Below, in pieces: positions 1-11,859 of a stretch of DNA of 64,000 nt (its first letter is position 1; every line of letters begins with the position of its first letter). The position numbers and the translations under genes were made by a program. This DNA comes from Macrostomum lignano (Eukaryota), in contig NIVC01000550.1 in assembly GCA_002269645.1 (NCBI GenBank), positions 124,001 through 188,000 of the forward strand. Direction: 5' to 3'. The notes under the pieces were generated by a model. It ran no database searches. It saw only the letters and a program-made list of their open reading frames with translations, and was not told the origin of the DNA.

Positions 1-985
1 TAGCATAGATAAGATTCTCTGTCTAATCTATTCTCACAGATACGATTCTAGCATAGATAAGATTTTCTGTCTAATCTATTCTCACATATACGATTCTAGC
101 ATAGATAAGATTCTCTGTCTAATCTATTCTCACAGATACGATTCTAGCATAGATAAGATTCTCTGTCTAATCTATTCTCACAGATACGATTCTAGCATAG
201 ATAAAATTCTCTGTCTAATCTATTCTCACATATACGATTCTAGCATAGATAAGATTCTCTGTCTAATCTATTCTCACAGATACGATTCTAGCATAGATAA
301 GATTTTCTGTCTAATCTATTCTCACATATACGATTCTAGCATAGATAAGATTCTCTGTCTAATCTATTCTCACATATACGATTCTAGCATAGATAAGATT
401 CTCTGTCTAATCTATTCTCACAGATACGATTCTGGCATAGATAAGATTCTCTGTCTAATCTATTCTCACAGATACGATTCTAGCATAGATAAGATTCTCT
501 GTCTAATCTATTCTCACAGATACGATTCTAGCATAGATAAGATTCTCTGTCTAATCTATTCTCACAGATACGATTCTAGCATAGATAAGATTCTCTGTCT
601 AATTTATTCTCACAGATACGATTCTAGCATAGATAAGATTCTCTGTCTAATTTATTCTCACAGATACGATTCTAGCATAGATAAGATTCTCTGTCTAATC
701 TATTCTCACAGATACGATTCTAGCATAGATAAGATTCTCTGTCTAATTTATTCTCACAGATACGATTCTAGCATAGATAAGATTCTCTGTCTAATTTATT
801 CTCACAGATACGATTCTAGCATAGATGAGATAACTAAGATTCTAGTTATCTTCTGTAATCTATTCCCACTGATAAGAATCTAGTATAGATAAAATTTACT
901 GTTTCTAATCTCTTCTCACAGTTAAGATTCTAGTATAGACAAGATTCTTTATCTGTAATTTGTTCTCACAGACAAGATTCTCTAC
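1..985. repeat. 48-bp tandem repeat (about 17 clean copies to ~826, degenerate to ~985), runs off the window start
   Basis: Unit TAGCATAGATAAGATTCTCTGTCTAATCTATTCTCACAGATACGATTC repeats every 48 bp. Confidence 0.95.
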
Positions 986-1126
986 AATCTATCATAAAGA
1001 TTTAGAGCTCAAGCTGCAAATGCCTCTCTATGAAATGGTTTTCAGCTAGGGCGGTGGGCAGCAGCTAATTAAACAAAGGCACAGGTACAAAAAGCACACG
1101 CAGAGCATATTCAAAAATCGTCAATA

Positions 1127-2322
1127 ATGTCGGAAGCCAAGCAACAAGTCCAGCAGCACGAGGAGGAAGATCAGGAGGACGCACTGACTGAGGCCCGCGA
1201 ACTGTTTATGGAGTCCGACCTCGAGCAGGCCCTCGTCAAGTTCAAAGAGGCTGAGGCGGCCGCCTCCAGCGATAAAACCCGCTGGCCAGAGGTCCTTGCC
1301 GCACAGACTGGTCAAGCCGAAATCTCTATTCAGAAGAAAGAATGGGCCGCCGCCATTAACCAGCTAACGGCGTCCGTAGCTGCGGCCGATGCCGCCGCTA
1401 AAGCGTCTGGAGATGATGAAGCTGCCACTACAGCCTCCGCCGCTCGCGATCTCACCAGAGCTCACTACATGCTGGGCATTGCCCTGCTGGGCCAGAGCAA
1501 AATTAACGAAGCTAAAGCTGAATTTGAATCGGCCAGAACCATTGCTAATGACGCTCCCGATGCTGTGGATATGCTGTCAGATATTCAGGTGAGATTCGTT
1601 TTTCGTTTTCTTTTACTTTCAACCGTCATAGACCATACCCTGCTCTTATAATTACCATAGACAAAACCGGCCTGTTAGAATTACCATAGACAAAACCGGC
1701 CTGTTAGAATTACCATAGACAAAGCCCTGTTAGAATTACCATAGACAAAGCCCTGTTAAAATTACCATAGAGAAATTCCTGTTAGAATTACCATAGACAA
1801 AACCGGACTGTTAGAATTGCCATAGACTAAATCGCCACAGACGTGCATTCGCAAGCAGTCCCCCTCTATCAACATCGCCACCAGGACCGGCTGGAGCAGC
1901 TGGACGAAGTGGAAGAGGACGATCTCGTAGAAATCGCCCTAGAATTCGGCGTCGCTCCCGAAGGCTCATTCGTTGGCGAAGAAGACGACGAAGAGGAAGA
2001 CTTTGAAGAAGACGAAGAGGAAGAGGAGGAAGAAGAAGAAGACGAGGATTCCTCTCGCGGCCAGCTGGCGACGGTCAATTCCCGTAAGCGACGCGCCGCC
2101 GCAGGCGTTCGTGCCAATGGCGGCGCCGGCGAAGAGGATGACGATGAAGAAGAGGAAGATTATGAGGACGAAGAAGAGGAGGAAGAGGAAGGTGACGAGG
2201 TGCCAACAAAGCGAGCCCGGCAGCTGGCGGCCGGCTCGCGAAACGGTCGCCGAGCCGTGGCCGCCTCCGGAGATGACGAAGACGAAGTGGAGGACGAAGA
2301 GGAAGTGAGCTCGTCCGCTTAG
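1127..2322 (+). CDS. TPR-repeat protein with Asp/Glu-rich tail and basic NLS-like motifs (NASP/N1-N2-like histone chaperone candidate), 2 exons, ~299 aa
   Basis: join(1127..1588,1885..2322). Donor CAG|GTGAGA at 1589 (phase 0). Only the acceptor CCACCAG|GAC at 1884 restores the frame, giving ...DMLSDIQ-DRLEQLDE.... TPR-like helices (AHYMLGIALLGQSKINEAKAEFESA), long acidic runs, RKRR and PTKRAR motifs. AATAAA near 2495. Family assignment is by resemblance only. Confidence 0.72.
1647..1828. repeat. 26-29-bp minisatellite in the intron of the TPR gene
   Basis: About 6 copies of TTAGAATTACCATAGACAAAACCGGCCTG with shorter variants. Confidence 0.9.
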
Positions 2323-2764
2323 GCTTTCTTTGCCTGCAGCAGAAATCCAACTCAGTTCAGTTCGTGTCCTGGTTTTGAAGCCAACAAAATGCCCACAAAA
2401 TTGTCAATCAAAAATCTAATAATTAGTATAGAAACGGAGGCTGAGTTTTAGTCCGGTTGTTTCTATATCTTTTTTCAACCAATCTACGTGTATGAATAAA
2501 TCATAGGAATTGCAAAAATATATAAATAATTTTTTGCCTGCTTTACCCGTCTTTAATGTTGTGTACTTAGATCGACAAGTATCCTAAGTACTGTACTCTT
2601 ATCTGGCCCTGAATGTCTAATTTGGTAATTTAAAATCCGTTGCATTGACTATTCTGTTGTTATAATGCTGTGTCGTTTTCACCGGCTTTTTTTAAAAATC
2701 GCTTTATTGTTGCTGTTGTCTAGTTGTACCTTTCTTACCGTCTCGCTATCTCTCCGTTAGTTAC

Positions 2765-3166
2765 CACAGATACTAAATAACTAGATGGGCCACTCAGGCA
2801 TATATGCGTAGTAAAACAGCTTTCTACTTTCAGTTCAGTAGCAAAGAAGAATACAAAAGCTATTTTATAAAAATAAAGGCGGCTCAAATTGCTCTGATAA
2901 GTTTAGAAGCCCAGCTTGCAGGCGTAAACAACTTGCTAATTGGTTCAGCAATAATGTACATTGGCCAGTCCACTGAAATGTACATGGCAGTTCCGAGAAA
3001 GGCAATTAAAATTTGGGGCGGGGCTTGCGGGCTTACGCTGTAGGTAAGAGCCAATAAATAAGCATTGGCTTTAAAATACAATAAAATGCTTCTATTTAAC
3101 TTACTACTGAACTGAAAGTAGCTTACACGAAAATGTGCTGAGTCTCTAGTTATTCTAGTATCTGTG
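2765..3166. mobile_element. MITE-like element with long imperfect inverted arms
   Basis: Left CACAGATACTAAATAACTAG vs right CTAGTTATTCTAGTATCTGTG; internal perfect inverted pair CTACTTTCAGTTCAGTAG / CTACTGAACTGAAAGTAG. No clear TSD. Confidence 0.6.
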
Positions 3167-3617
3167 TTTGTGACTGATTCTTAGAAATCGAATAATTCTC
3201 GGTGACGACACCTTTTCCCCTCGCTTTTAAGTAGCACTTGTAAAGCATTGTTATTATTATTACTACTATTAGTACTCATGCTTCTACAGGTCTTACTCGC
3301 GCATTTGTCAGCTAGTCCCGAAATCCCAGGGTTTTCAGTAGTAGCAAAGTCCCGGTAAATTTTTCTAGAAATACTACTACTGATTGACGGTACCGCTAAG
3401 TAGTATGCAATTTTAAACTAATGTTCCACGGTCCATTTCTTATACCCTGAATACCCACCCTTATATGTCCGATGAATTCTAAATGTTTTGTCGTGTAAAT
3501 AGTATTAAAAAGCTGTCTACTGTATCTTTTTGTGTTGTTTAATTAATAAAAAGCATAAAAATATTTTAATATACGTATGATGCTCCTATTGTTATTATTT
3601 AGTAGTAGTAGTTTAAT

Positions 3618-3797
3618 CAGGGACTACTCAAACACCGGGACGGGAGGCTGGAATTTTTTTACGAGGCTGGTCTATCATCAGCAGTAGAAAATAACCATAG
3701 ACAACAAAGTAACACAGCATCTCTCTAATGAAAATAATTGCCAGCCAGCCTCGTAAAAAAATTTTAGTTTCCCGTCCCGGTGTTTGAGTAGTCCCTG
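3618..3797. mobile_element. hAT-type MITE, 180 bp
   Basis: Perfect 28-bp TIR CAGGGACTACTCAAACACCGGGACGGGA; identical 8-bp TSD AGTTTAAT on both sides. Confidence 0.9.
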
Positions 3798-4905
3798 AGT
3801 TTAATGTTTATTAATACAGTTTTGTGTCTAAGAATCTTTAAATTTTCAGTTTTGTAACTTTTGCGCTTTGGTCGTGAATTTAATTGTAAGGTTCATTTTG
3901 TACTGCTAATAGTACTATATCTGTATGCTGAAAATGGTGTTTCTGATGCTCAGCATCCGGGCTAGGTTTGTCGTCAGTCTAACTAAATAAAAAAGAAAGA
4001 TTTTAAATTATCATAAATTGCTGCATGCGCGCGTGTTCATTCTATCTGTCCCTCTATTTAATGTTTCTTAAGCTCACTAGTTTTGTTAAGGGGCTGGGGG
4101 GCATAGCAACACAGTTTTGGTCATTTGTTTATTGCTCTCTGCTTATCTATTTATTTATTTGTATATTCGCTTGTGTTTGTGTGCTTGTGTATTTCTAATA
4201 TTAATAATTGCTGTTTCAAAACAACTGTCGTCTGCAGCTAAACTGGCTACTACAAGTAGTAGTAGCCCAACTGTTTATATAAATTATTTCAGCACAGTTA
4301 AAGCTAGTTTGTCCTGTGCAGCGTTGTTCTTTTTTATTGTTTAATTTGCCATTTAATATGAAAACTAACGATTTCATCATATGCTGTGTCATCGATAGGT
4401 GTGTCCGATATTTCTTAATTTAATTACAACAATATGTTGAAAAGACAATAATATATAATAAATAATTTGGTTGCATCAGCTGCATGCAACATCTTCGGTC
4501 TCGCAGTTGTACTGTTTATTGGAAAAATTGTCATTGCGTTTGTCTTTATGAATTTATTTATGCCCTCTGTTATGAGTTTTACGAGCGATCAATACTTGCT
4601 CATCCTGTTGGAATGTCGGTTTTTTTAACAAGAACTGAAAAAGCGTAATTTACCAGAGGGCAGAAACGAGCACACCAGCACTCTTAGACAAAGAAAGAAA
4701 GAACGAAATAAAAAAATTGTCTTTGGCCAAAACTCCTTATTTTGCGAATTGAAAAAGTAACTGATATTAAGCATTATTTAGCGGTTCTACTGTAAGCTTT
4801 ACTTTCAAAATCTACAAGTTGTAGAAACATTAACTAGATACTTATATGCATACGAGGATTTTTACTTATGGAAGTCGGCCATAGATAATCGCAGCGGGTG
4901 GGATG

Positions 4906-5198
4906 CATGGATGAATAATATAACTGGATCGCCAGTAGCTCGATTTTTTGGTCCTAGCCATAGACAAGCACCACTGCACCAGCATCACAAGAAGCTCAGA
5001 ATGCCGTACTTTCACACATAGACTTTCACACATAGCCGCTGCAGAAGCTGCAAACCTTTATTTATAAGTATACTTAGTAGGATAAGTGAAAATGTGTGAA
5101 AGTACGGCATTCTGAGCTTCTTGTGATGCTGGTGCTTGTCTATGGCTAGGACCAAAAAAATCGAGCTTCTGGCGATCCGGTTATATTATTCATCCATG
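4906..5198. mobile_element. Foldback MITE (~115-bp inverted arms, short spacer), probably hAT-derived
   Basis: Arms CATGGATGAATAATATAAC...CTTTCACACAT and its reverse complement; 8-bp flanks GTGGGATG / ATGGGATG (7/8 match). Confidence 0.8.
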
Positions 5199-6602
5199 AT
5201 GGGATGCCGTTCGTTTCACACACCGTTTCAACACGCCTAGGCTAACTATAACGTTATACATCTTTGCTGCCGAGAAAATAGCAAACAACTACATTTCTAG
5301 GCCGGCCTGCTGCAGGCAGCCACTACTCTTAACACTCAGATGATCAGTGAAAGGGCTCTGAAATCTATATAATTTATAGCAGTATCGTTATGTACAGCAA
5401 GGGGTAGGTTGAAGGCTCAACTGAGGGGGTTGGCTGACATAAAGTAAGGAGGGTGGAGTACGCGACAGGCGAGAGAATGAGGCTAGAGAAGAATGAGAGA
5501 CCGACCAATCAGAAGAAGGAAAGGGTAAGAGATCAATAAAGAGAGAGGTTTGAACTATATTGGTCGAGACAAGGTGAACGGAGAGAGCCAAACAGCAGAT
5601 AAGAAGTGTAAATAAACTAGCGCCTAGGTAGGAAAGTAGCGACACCCCCCAAAATAGAACATTTTTTTCGAATAAGGGATTTCGCACGAATACTTTAAGA
5701 GCGAAGATACAATCCCCCCAATTAAAAACGGAGCATTTTTAAACAGCGAAGATCGAGAACAGAAAATGGAATTGTCGAACGACTGCTAAAAAAGGTTTAC
5801 AATTCAGGCCACGACAACAAATTAGATTAATTTGTTTCGGAGAGAGATAAGACGCTCGTACTATAGTTAATGAATGAAGATGAAGCGAATTCAGAAATTG
5901 ATCGGATGGAGGAATGAGCTGAAGTCGCCACAAGCACAAGAAAAGGCGCCCAGAACAGCAGCCGCGTGTGCTAGAAATATCCGGGGGAGATCAGAAAGCA
6001 CTTGTACTATCTGGGTGGATGCGGATAACACAAGACACGGATATCGGAAAGGTATATATCACCGGAACGTTGCACCGAAAAGGATCATCTGCACTCTAGA
6101 AAGCTTTATTATCCTTCTAATTACAAGATATCCTTCTAATTACAAGATTTTACCAATTTCAGACAGGGAATATCATTAGTTCTTTAAAAAAAAGAAAATC
6201 AAAAATAATTTTCACGACAGTTTCAATCTTAAAACATTTTTTTCTTTCAAACTTCTTCTTCAAGGGTGCAATTATCGTGGCTAGACAGATGACTTTGTCT
6301 TCATCACTGGCACGAACGCGTTCGTTCGTGTCGGGGCCAAAGCAAGATTTCCGATGGTGCAATAGAGTTTAAGCTTTTCTACCAGGGATTCTGCATGGGA
6401 CTCATAGCAGCAATTTGACAGGTTAATCTGACATGCTCAATCTCTCTTGAACCAATTTGTTGTTGCAAAGCTATCCAAACTAGAAATGAAGCCAAGCCTG
6501 AACCCCTACTACATTTTGAAAACTTATTCAAGCTTTGTACAAACTGAGTATAAGAATGCTGAGACCTAATTAACCTGAGGTATCGAACTGTGGGTATCAG
6601 TA

Positions 6603-7373
6603 TGCTGTATCAGTATGCTGTATCAGGATGCTGTATCAGGATGCTGTATCAGGATGCTGTATCAGGATGCTGTATCAGGATGCTGTATCAGGATGCTGTA
6701 TCAGGATGCTGTATCAGGATGCTGTATCAGGATGCTGTATCAGGATGCTGTATCAGGATGCTGTATCAGGATGCTGTATCAGGATGCTGTATCAGGATGC
6801 TGTATCAGGATGCTGTATCAGGATGCTGTATCAGGATGCTGTATCAGGATGCTGTATCAGGATGCTGTATCAGGATGCTGTATCAGGATGCTGTATCAGG
6901 ATGCTGTATCAGGATGCTGTATCAGGATGCTGTATCAGGATGCTGTATCAGGATGCTGTATCAGGATGCTGTATCAGGATGCTGTATCAGGATGCTGTAT
7001 CAGGATGCTGTATCAGGATGCTGTATCAGGATGCTGTATCAGGATGCTGTATCAGGATGCTGTATCAGGATGCTGTATCAGGATGCTGTATCAGGATGCT
7101 GTATCAGGATGCTGTATCAGGATGCTGTATCAGGATGCTGTATCAGGATGCTGTATCAGGATGCTGTATCAGGATGCTGTATCAGGATGCTGTATCAGGA
7201 TGCTGTATCAGGATGCTGTATCAGGATGCTGTATCAGGATGCTGTATCAGGATGCTGTATCAGGATGCTATATCAGGATGCTGTATCAGGATGCTGTATC
7301 AGGATGCTGTATCAGGATGCTGTATCAGGATGCTGTATCAGGATGCTGTATCAGGATGCTGTATCAGGATGCT
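6603..7373. repeat. 13-bp tandem repeat (ATGCTGTATCAGG)n, ~59 copies
   Basis: Near-perfect array; it explains the three overlapping MLYQDAVSGCCIR ORFs. Confidence 0.97.
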
Positions 7374-7769
7374 GAGACCTCGCCTGTGACTTAAAAACCT
7401 TCAATCGCTAACTGTTTTTAGAATGCTCGTTATATTAATTGTCAATCTCGATCTAGAGAAATCTTTTCTTATTCGAAGAAATTTTTAGTCTTTTAATCAT
7501 GCGGAGATTGCTAAATGCTCGAGGATGCCAGCATATAGGCAGCCAATCAGGATGCAGAAATTTTTTTATCATTTTTTAGTTGGTTAATTTTGCAAATACG
7601 CCCTATATATACAGCTGTAGCTTGTATATTTCACGCTTTCACGCAGGTGAATCGTGTTAATTAAGTTGCAGATTTGCCAAGATTATCTTTCTAATAAAGC
7701 GAAAGAGTCAGCTCATTTAGAGACAGCTATAAATTAAAGTGATTTATTCTAAAACTGAATCTCTGACAG

Positions 7770-9389
7770 GTGAGAGTTCCCTATCTAATCTAATGGAACC
7801 CCCTATTCTATCAGGTGAGAGTTCTCTATCTAATCTAAAGAAATCCCCTATTCTGTCAGGTGAGAGTTCCCTATCTAATCTAACGGAACCCCCTATTCTA
7901 TCAGGTGAGAGTTCCCTATCTAATCTAACGGAACCCCCTATTCTATCAGGTGAGAGTTCCCTATCTAATCTAATGGAACCCCCTATTCTATCAGGTGAGA
8001 GTTCTCTATCTAATCTAAAGAAATCCCCTATTCTGTCAGGTGAGAGTTCCCTATCTAATCTAACGGAACCCCCTATTCTATCAGGTGAGAGTTCCCTATC
8101 TAATCTAACGGAACCCCCTATTCTATCAGGTGAGAGTTCTCTATCTAATCTAAAGAAATCCCCTATTCTGTCAGGTGAGAGTTCCCTATCTAATCTAACG
8201 GAACCCCCTATTCTATCAGGTGAGAGTTCCCTATCTAATCTAATGGAACCCCCTATTCTATCAGGTGAGAGTTCTCTATCTAATCTAAAGAAATCCCCTA
8301 TTCTGTCAGGTGAGAGTTCCCTATCTAATCTAACGGAACCCCCTATTCTATCAGGTGAGAGTTCCCTATCTAATCTAATGGAACCCCCTATTCTATCAGG
8401 TGAGAGTTCTCTATCTAATCTAAAGAAATCCCCTATTCTGTCAGGTGAGAGTTCCCTATCTAATCTAACGGAACCCCCTATTCTATCAGGTGAGAGTTCC
8501 CTATCTAATCTAATGGAACCCCCTATTCTATCAGGTGAGAGTTCTCTATCTAATCTAAAGAAATCCCCTATTCTGTCAGGTGAGAGTTCCCTATCTAATC
8601 TAACGGAACCCCCTATTCTATCAGGTGAGAGTTCCCTATCTAATCTAACGGAACCCCCTATTCTATCAGGTGAGAGTTCTCTATCTAATCTAAAGAAATC
8701 CCCTATTCTGTCAGGTGAGAGTTCCCTATCTAATCTAACGGAACCCCCTATTCTATCAGGTGAGAGTTCCCTATCTAATCTAACGGAACCCCCTATTCTA
8801 TCAGGTGAGAGTTCTCTATCTAATCTAAAGAAATCCCCTATTCTGTCAGGTGAGAGTTCCCTATCTAATCTAACGGAACCCCCTATTCTATCAGGTGAGA
8901 GTTCCCTATCTAATCTAACGGAACCCCCTATTCTGTCAGGTGAGAGTTCCCTATTCAATCTAAAGAAATCCCATATTCTGTCAGGTGAGAGTTCCCTATC
9001 TAATCTAAAGAAATCCCCTATTCTGTCAAGTGAGAGTTCCCTATCTAATCTAAAGAAATCCCCTATTCTGTCAGGTGAGAGTTCCCTATCTAATCTAAAG
9101 AAATCCCCTATTCTGTCAGGTGAGAGTTCCCTATCTAATCTAACGAAATCCCCTATTCTGACAGGTGAGAGTTCCCTATCTAATCTAAAGAAATCCCCTA
9201 TTCTGTCAGGTGAGAGTTCCCTATCTAATCTAACGAAATCCCCTATTCTGACAGGTGAGAGTTCCCTATCTAATCTAAAGAAATCCCCTATTCTGGCAGG
9301 TGAGAGTTCCCTATCTAATCTAAAGAAATCCCCTATTCTGGCAGGTGAGAGTTCCCTATCTAATCTAAAGAAATCCCCTATTCTGACAG
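7770..9389 (+). repeat. 45-bp tandem array, 36 units, directly upstream of and in frame with the GPCR
   Basis: Unit GTGAGAGTTCCCTATCTAATCTAACGGAACCCCCTATTCTATCAG; 1620 bp = 36 x 45. Translates as (GESSLSNLTEPPILS)n without stops. Confidence 0.95.
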
Positions 9390-9412
9390 GCGAAACTCTA
9401 GCATATAGTGGA

Positions 9413-11809
9413 ATGGAACTGCTTGACAACGGCACCACAGCATTCGTTGACAACGCCTCTACCACAACTGCAATCGATGAACTCCCCGATTCGGACGGAG
9501 TCTACATCGCTCCCAACGATCCCCTGACTCGAGGCGTGGACATATTCTTCCTGACTGCCGGCAGTCTGATTGGGATGATTGGCAATCTGTTAATATTCGT
9601 AGCCGTGGCTCGAGTCCGCAGCCTGCAGTCGGCTACGAACTGGATTGTGGTGAACATTGCAGCGGCGGATTTCATTGTGTGCAGCTACGCCATGCCAACA
9701 GTGCTGGCCAACAGGATTGCCTACCGGAACCTGTCCAGCCCCATCCTGTGCATCTGCAACGCCTACCTCATGTTCCTGTGCGCCGGGGTGTCCAACTTCA
9801 GTTTCATGCTCATCGCTTTGAATAGGTGCGTCAGCTGGCATGGCTAGGGGATTGTGGGCTAGTGGTTAGAGCATCAGACTCGCGACTGAAAGGTCGGGAG
9901 TTCGATTCTCGACCTACTCGGAATAATAAGTTGTGTCCTGGGGCAAGACACTTTAACTCTGCATTGCTTCAGTTCACTCAGCTGTAAAGTGGGTGTCAGC
10001 ATTAGCTGGGGTAATTGAGGGTATGGCCGTACACAGCCTTCAGATGCGCCGCGCAATAGCCGCGGCTGAGCTGTCGGTTGCACATCTGGCTTAAGTGAAG
10101 TCTAACTGCAGCAGCTGCTCATTTAAACAAACAATTTGCAGGTACATCTACATCCTGCACCAGAATCTCTATCGTCGAATATTCACTAAGCGGAAGCTCG
10201 TCATCATCTGCTCGTCGTTTTGGTTGATGTGGTTTGGCTATTCAGGCATTGTGGCAGCCCTGCGCGGCTTTGCCTACATATCCGACTCCTACATGTGCTT
10301 CTACTACGACGATCAAACGGACTTTGCGGTGTCCTTTATGCTCACCCTGCTGGGTGTTGGCATCCCTTCCCTGCTAGCAGCTGCCTGCTACTCGGCTCTG
10401 TTCTGCCGCTTGTTTGGCCTCACGGCTAGGCAGGTTAATCAGGATTTGAACTCTACTCGAGGCTACGCCAGAGAGAGGGCAGCTCTGATTCCAGTTGTGG
10501 TCGCGTTCTGCGTATTCAACGTCTGCTGGGGACCCTACAGTGTGCACGTGTACTTCGACAAGTGCGTTCGTAGTGCACATTGATTGGCATTGATCATGTA
10601 CACTCAGTAGATCAGTGGGGTGGGGGGTTGTCGTTTCTCCTAGTATGGGCTCTGTGTTGATTGTGTTCCAATGTACACTCAGTAGATCAGTGGGGTGGGG
10701 GGTTGTCGTTTCTCTCAGTATGGGCTGTGTGTTGATTGTGTTCCAATGTACACTCAGTAGATCAGTGGGGGTGGGGGTTGTCGTTTCTCCTAGTATGGGC
10801 TGTGTGTTGATTGTGTTCCAATGTACACTCAGTAGATCAGTGGGGGTGGGGGTTGTCGTTTCTCCTAGTATGGGCTGTGTGTTGATTGTGTTCCAATGTA
10901 CACTCAGTAGATCAGTGGGGGTGGGGGTTGTCGTTTCTCCTAGTATGGGCTGTGTGTTGATTGTGTTCCAATGTACACTCAGTAGATCAGTGGGGGTGGG
11001 GGGTTGTCGTTTCTCCCAGTATGGGCTGTGTGTTGATTGTGTTCCAATGTACACTCAGTAGACCCATGTAAAAGGTTTTTAGCTTCAGATGAGGAATACC
11101 CTTACAAACGTAATTAGAATTGGATAAAAGACACATTTTTGTAAGGTTTCGATGAGTAGCTATTGTATTATGGTTAATCAAACTAGGATACAAGATTAAA
11201 ACAAAACTTTTCATTTAGCCAGACAGTCAGTCGCATTCGTAGTTCAAAAATAGAAAAAAAGTATAATTAGCTAGTTTGTCATGCCTCGTTGCCATTGTTA
11301 TCAGCAATGTTGTATGGTATTGCCAATTCGAGATCGAGCGGACTTGTCGATAATGATTTCGCGTCGGGCGTGGCTTTCGTTGACTTTGTTCTTCTCTCAG
11401 CCAGCGCAAACTCGCATCTTTACCTTTACGGGATAGGAGAAGAGGTTAGAGAAGAGAGAAGAGAGCTGAGAAGAGACATAAACCTTGAACGGACCGGAGT
11501 TTTCCGAACCCTGCGCTAAACGATATTTCTAAATCTGTCCCGCTGCACAGGTTCGCATTCCCGATACCTCGTCGCGTGCACAATGTCATCCTATGGCTGG
11601 CAATGTTCAATTCCTGCGTGAACTGCATCATCTACGGCATATTGAATAAGAATTTCAGGCGCGGCTATGCCATTGCTCTGGGCCTTCAGCACTTCCTGCT
11701 GGCCAATGTCACCATGGCGTCACCAACTGTTGAGATGCGACGAGGCCAAGGCACGAGTATCGTTGCAAATGCTTCTCCTGCTGGCAGGGCTGCACAGAGC
11801 AGCATGTAG
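9413..11809 (+). CDS. Class A (rhodopsin-family) GPCR, melatonin-receptor-like (NRY motif), 3 exons
   Basis: join(9413..9825,10142..10561,11551..11809); both introns GT-AG, phase 2. TM1 GN (GMIGNLLI), TM2 NIAAAD, TM3 ALN-R-Y across the splice, TM6 CWGP, TM7 NSCVNCIIYGILNKNFRRGY resembling the melatonin-receptor C-terminal signature. N-terminal sequons NGT and NAS follow the ATG at 9413; an extended start (ATG 7793) is possible. Confidence 0.88.
9847..10095 (+). mobile_element. tRNA-derived CORE-type SINE in GPCR intron 1
   Basis: A-box GGGCTAGTGGTTAGAGC and B-box GGGAGTTCGATTCTC, followed by TTGTGTCCTGGGGCAAGACACTTTAACTCT...CAGCTGTAAAGTGGGT, which resembles the CORE-SINE domain. 3' end uncertain. 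Confidence 0.75.
10598..11060. repeat. 75-bp minisatellite (~6 copies) in GPCR intron 2
   Basis: Unit GTACACTCAGTAGATCAGTGGGGGTGGGGGTTGTCGTTTCTCCTAGTATGGGCTGTGTGTTGATTGTGTTCCAAT; starts ~35 bp after the donor. Confidence 0.95.
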
Positions 11810-11859
11810 ACATTCTGCCGCAGGGCCTCTGTTTCTGACACCGGCGGCTCTGTTTACTA

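Noticed and set aside
1841-1884. Acceptors at 1840, 1855 and 1858 for exon 2 of the TPR gene
   Set aside because: They are out of phase with the phase-0 donor at 1589 and lead to a premature stop; 1884 fits.
6590-7394. Three 250-260 aa ORFs (MLYQDAVSGCCIR)n
   Set aside because: A stop-free 13-mer opens all three frames automatically; no evidence of coding.
7535-7650. CCAAT and TATA-like motifs as the GPCR promoter
   Set aside because: Short motifs expected by chance in AT-rich DNA; no TSS evidence.
7744-9465. 573-aa minus-strand ORF (RLDRELSPDRIG..)n
   Set aside because: Antisense shadow of the 45-bp array; no independent support.
9847-9915. tRNA gene (also at 44131-44205)
   Set aside because: A- and B-boxes are present but I could not fold a convincing cloverleaf, and both continue into SINE-like bodies.
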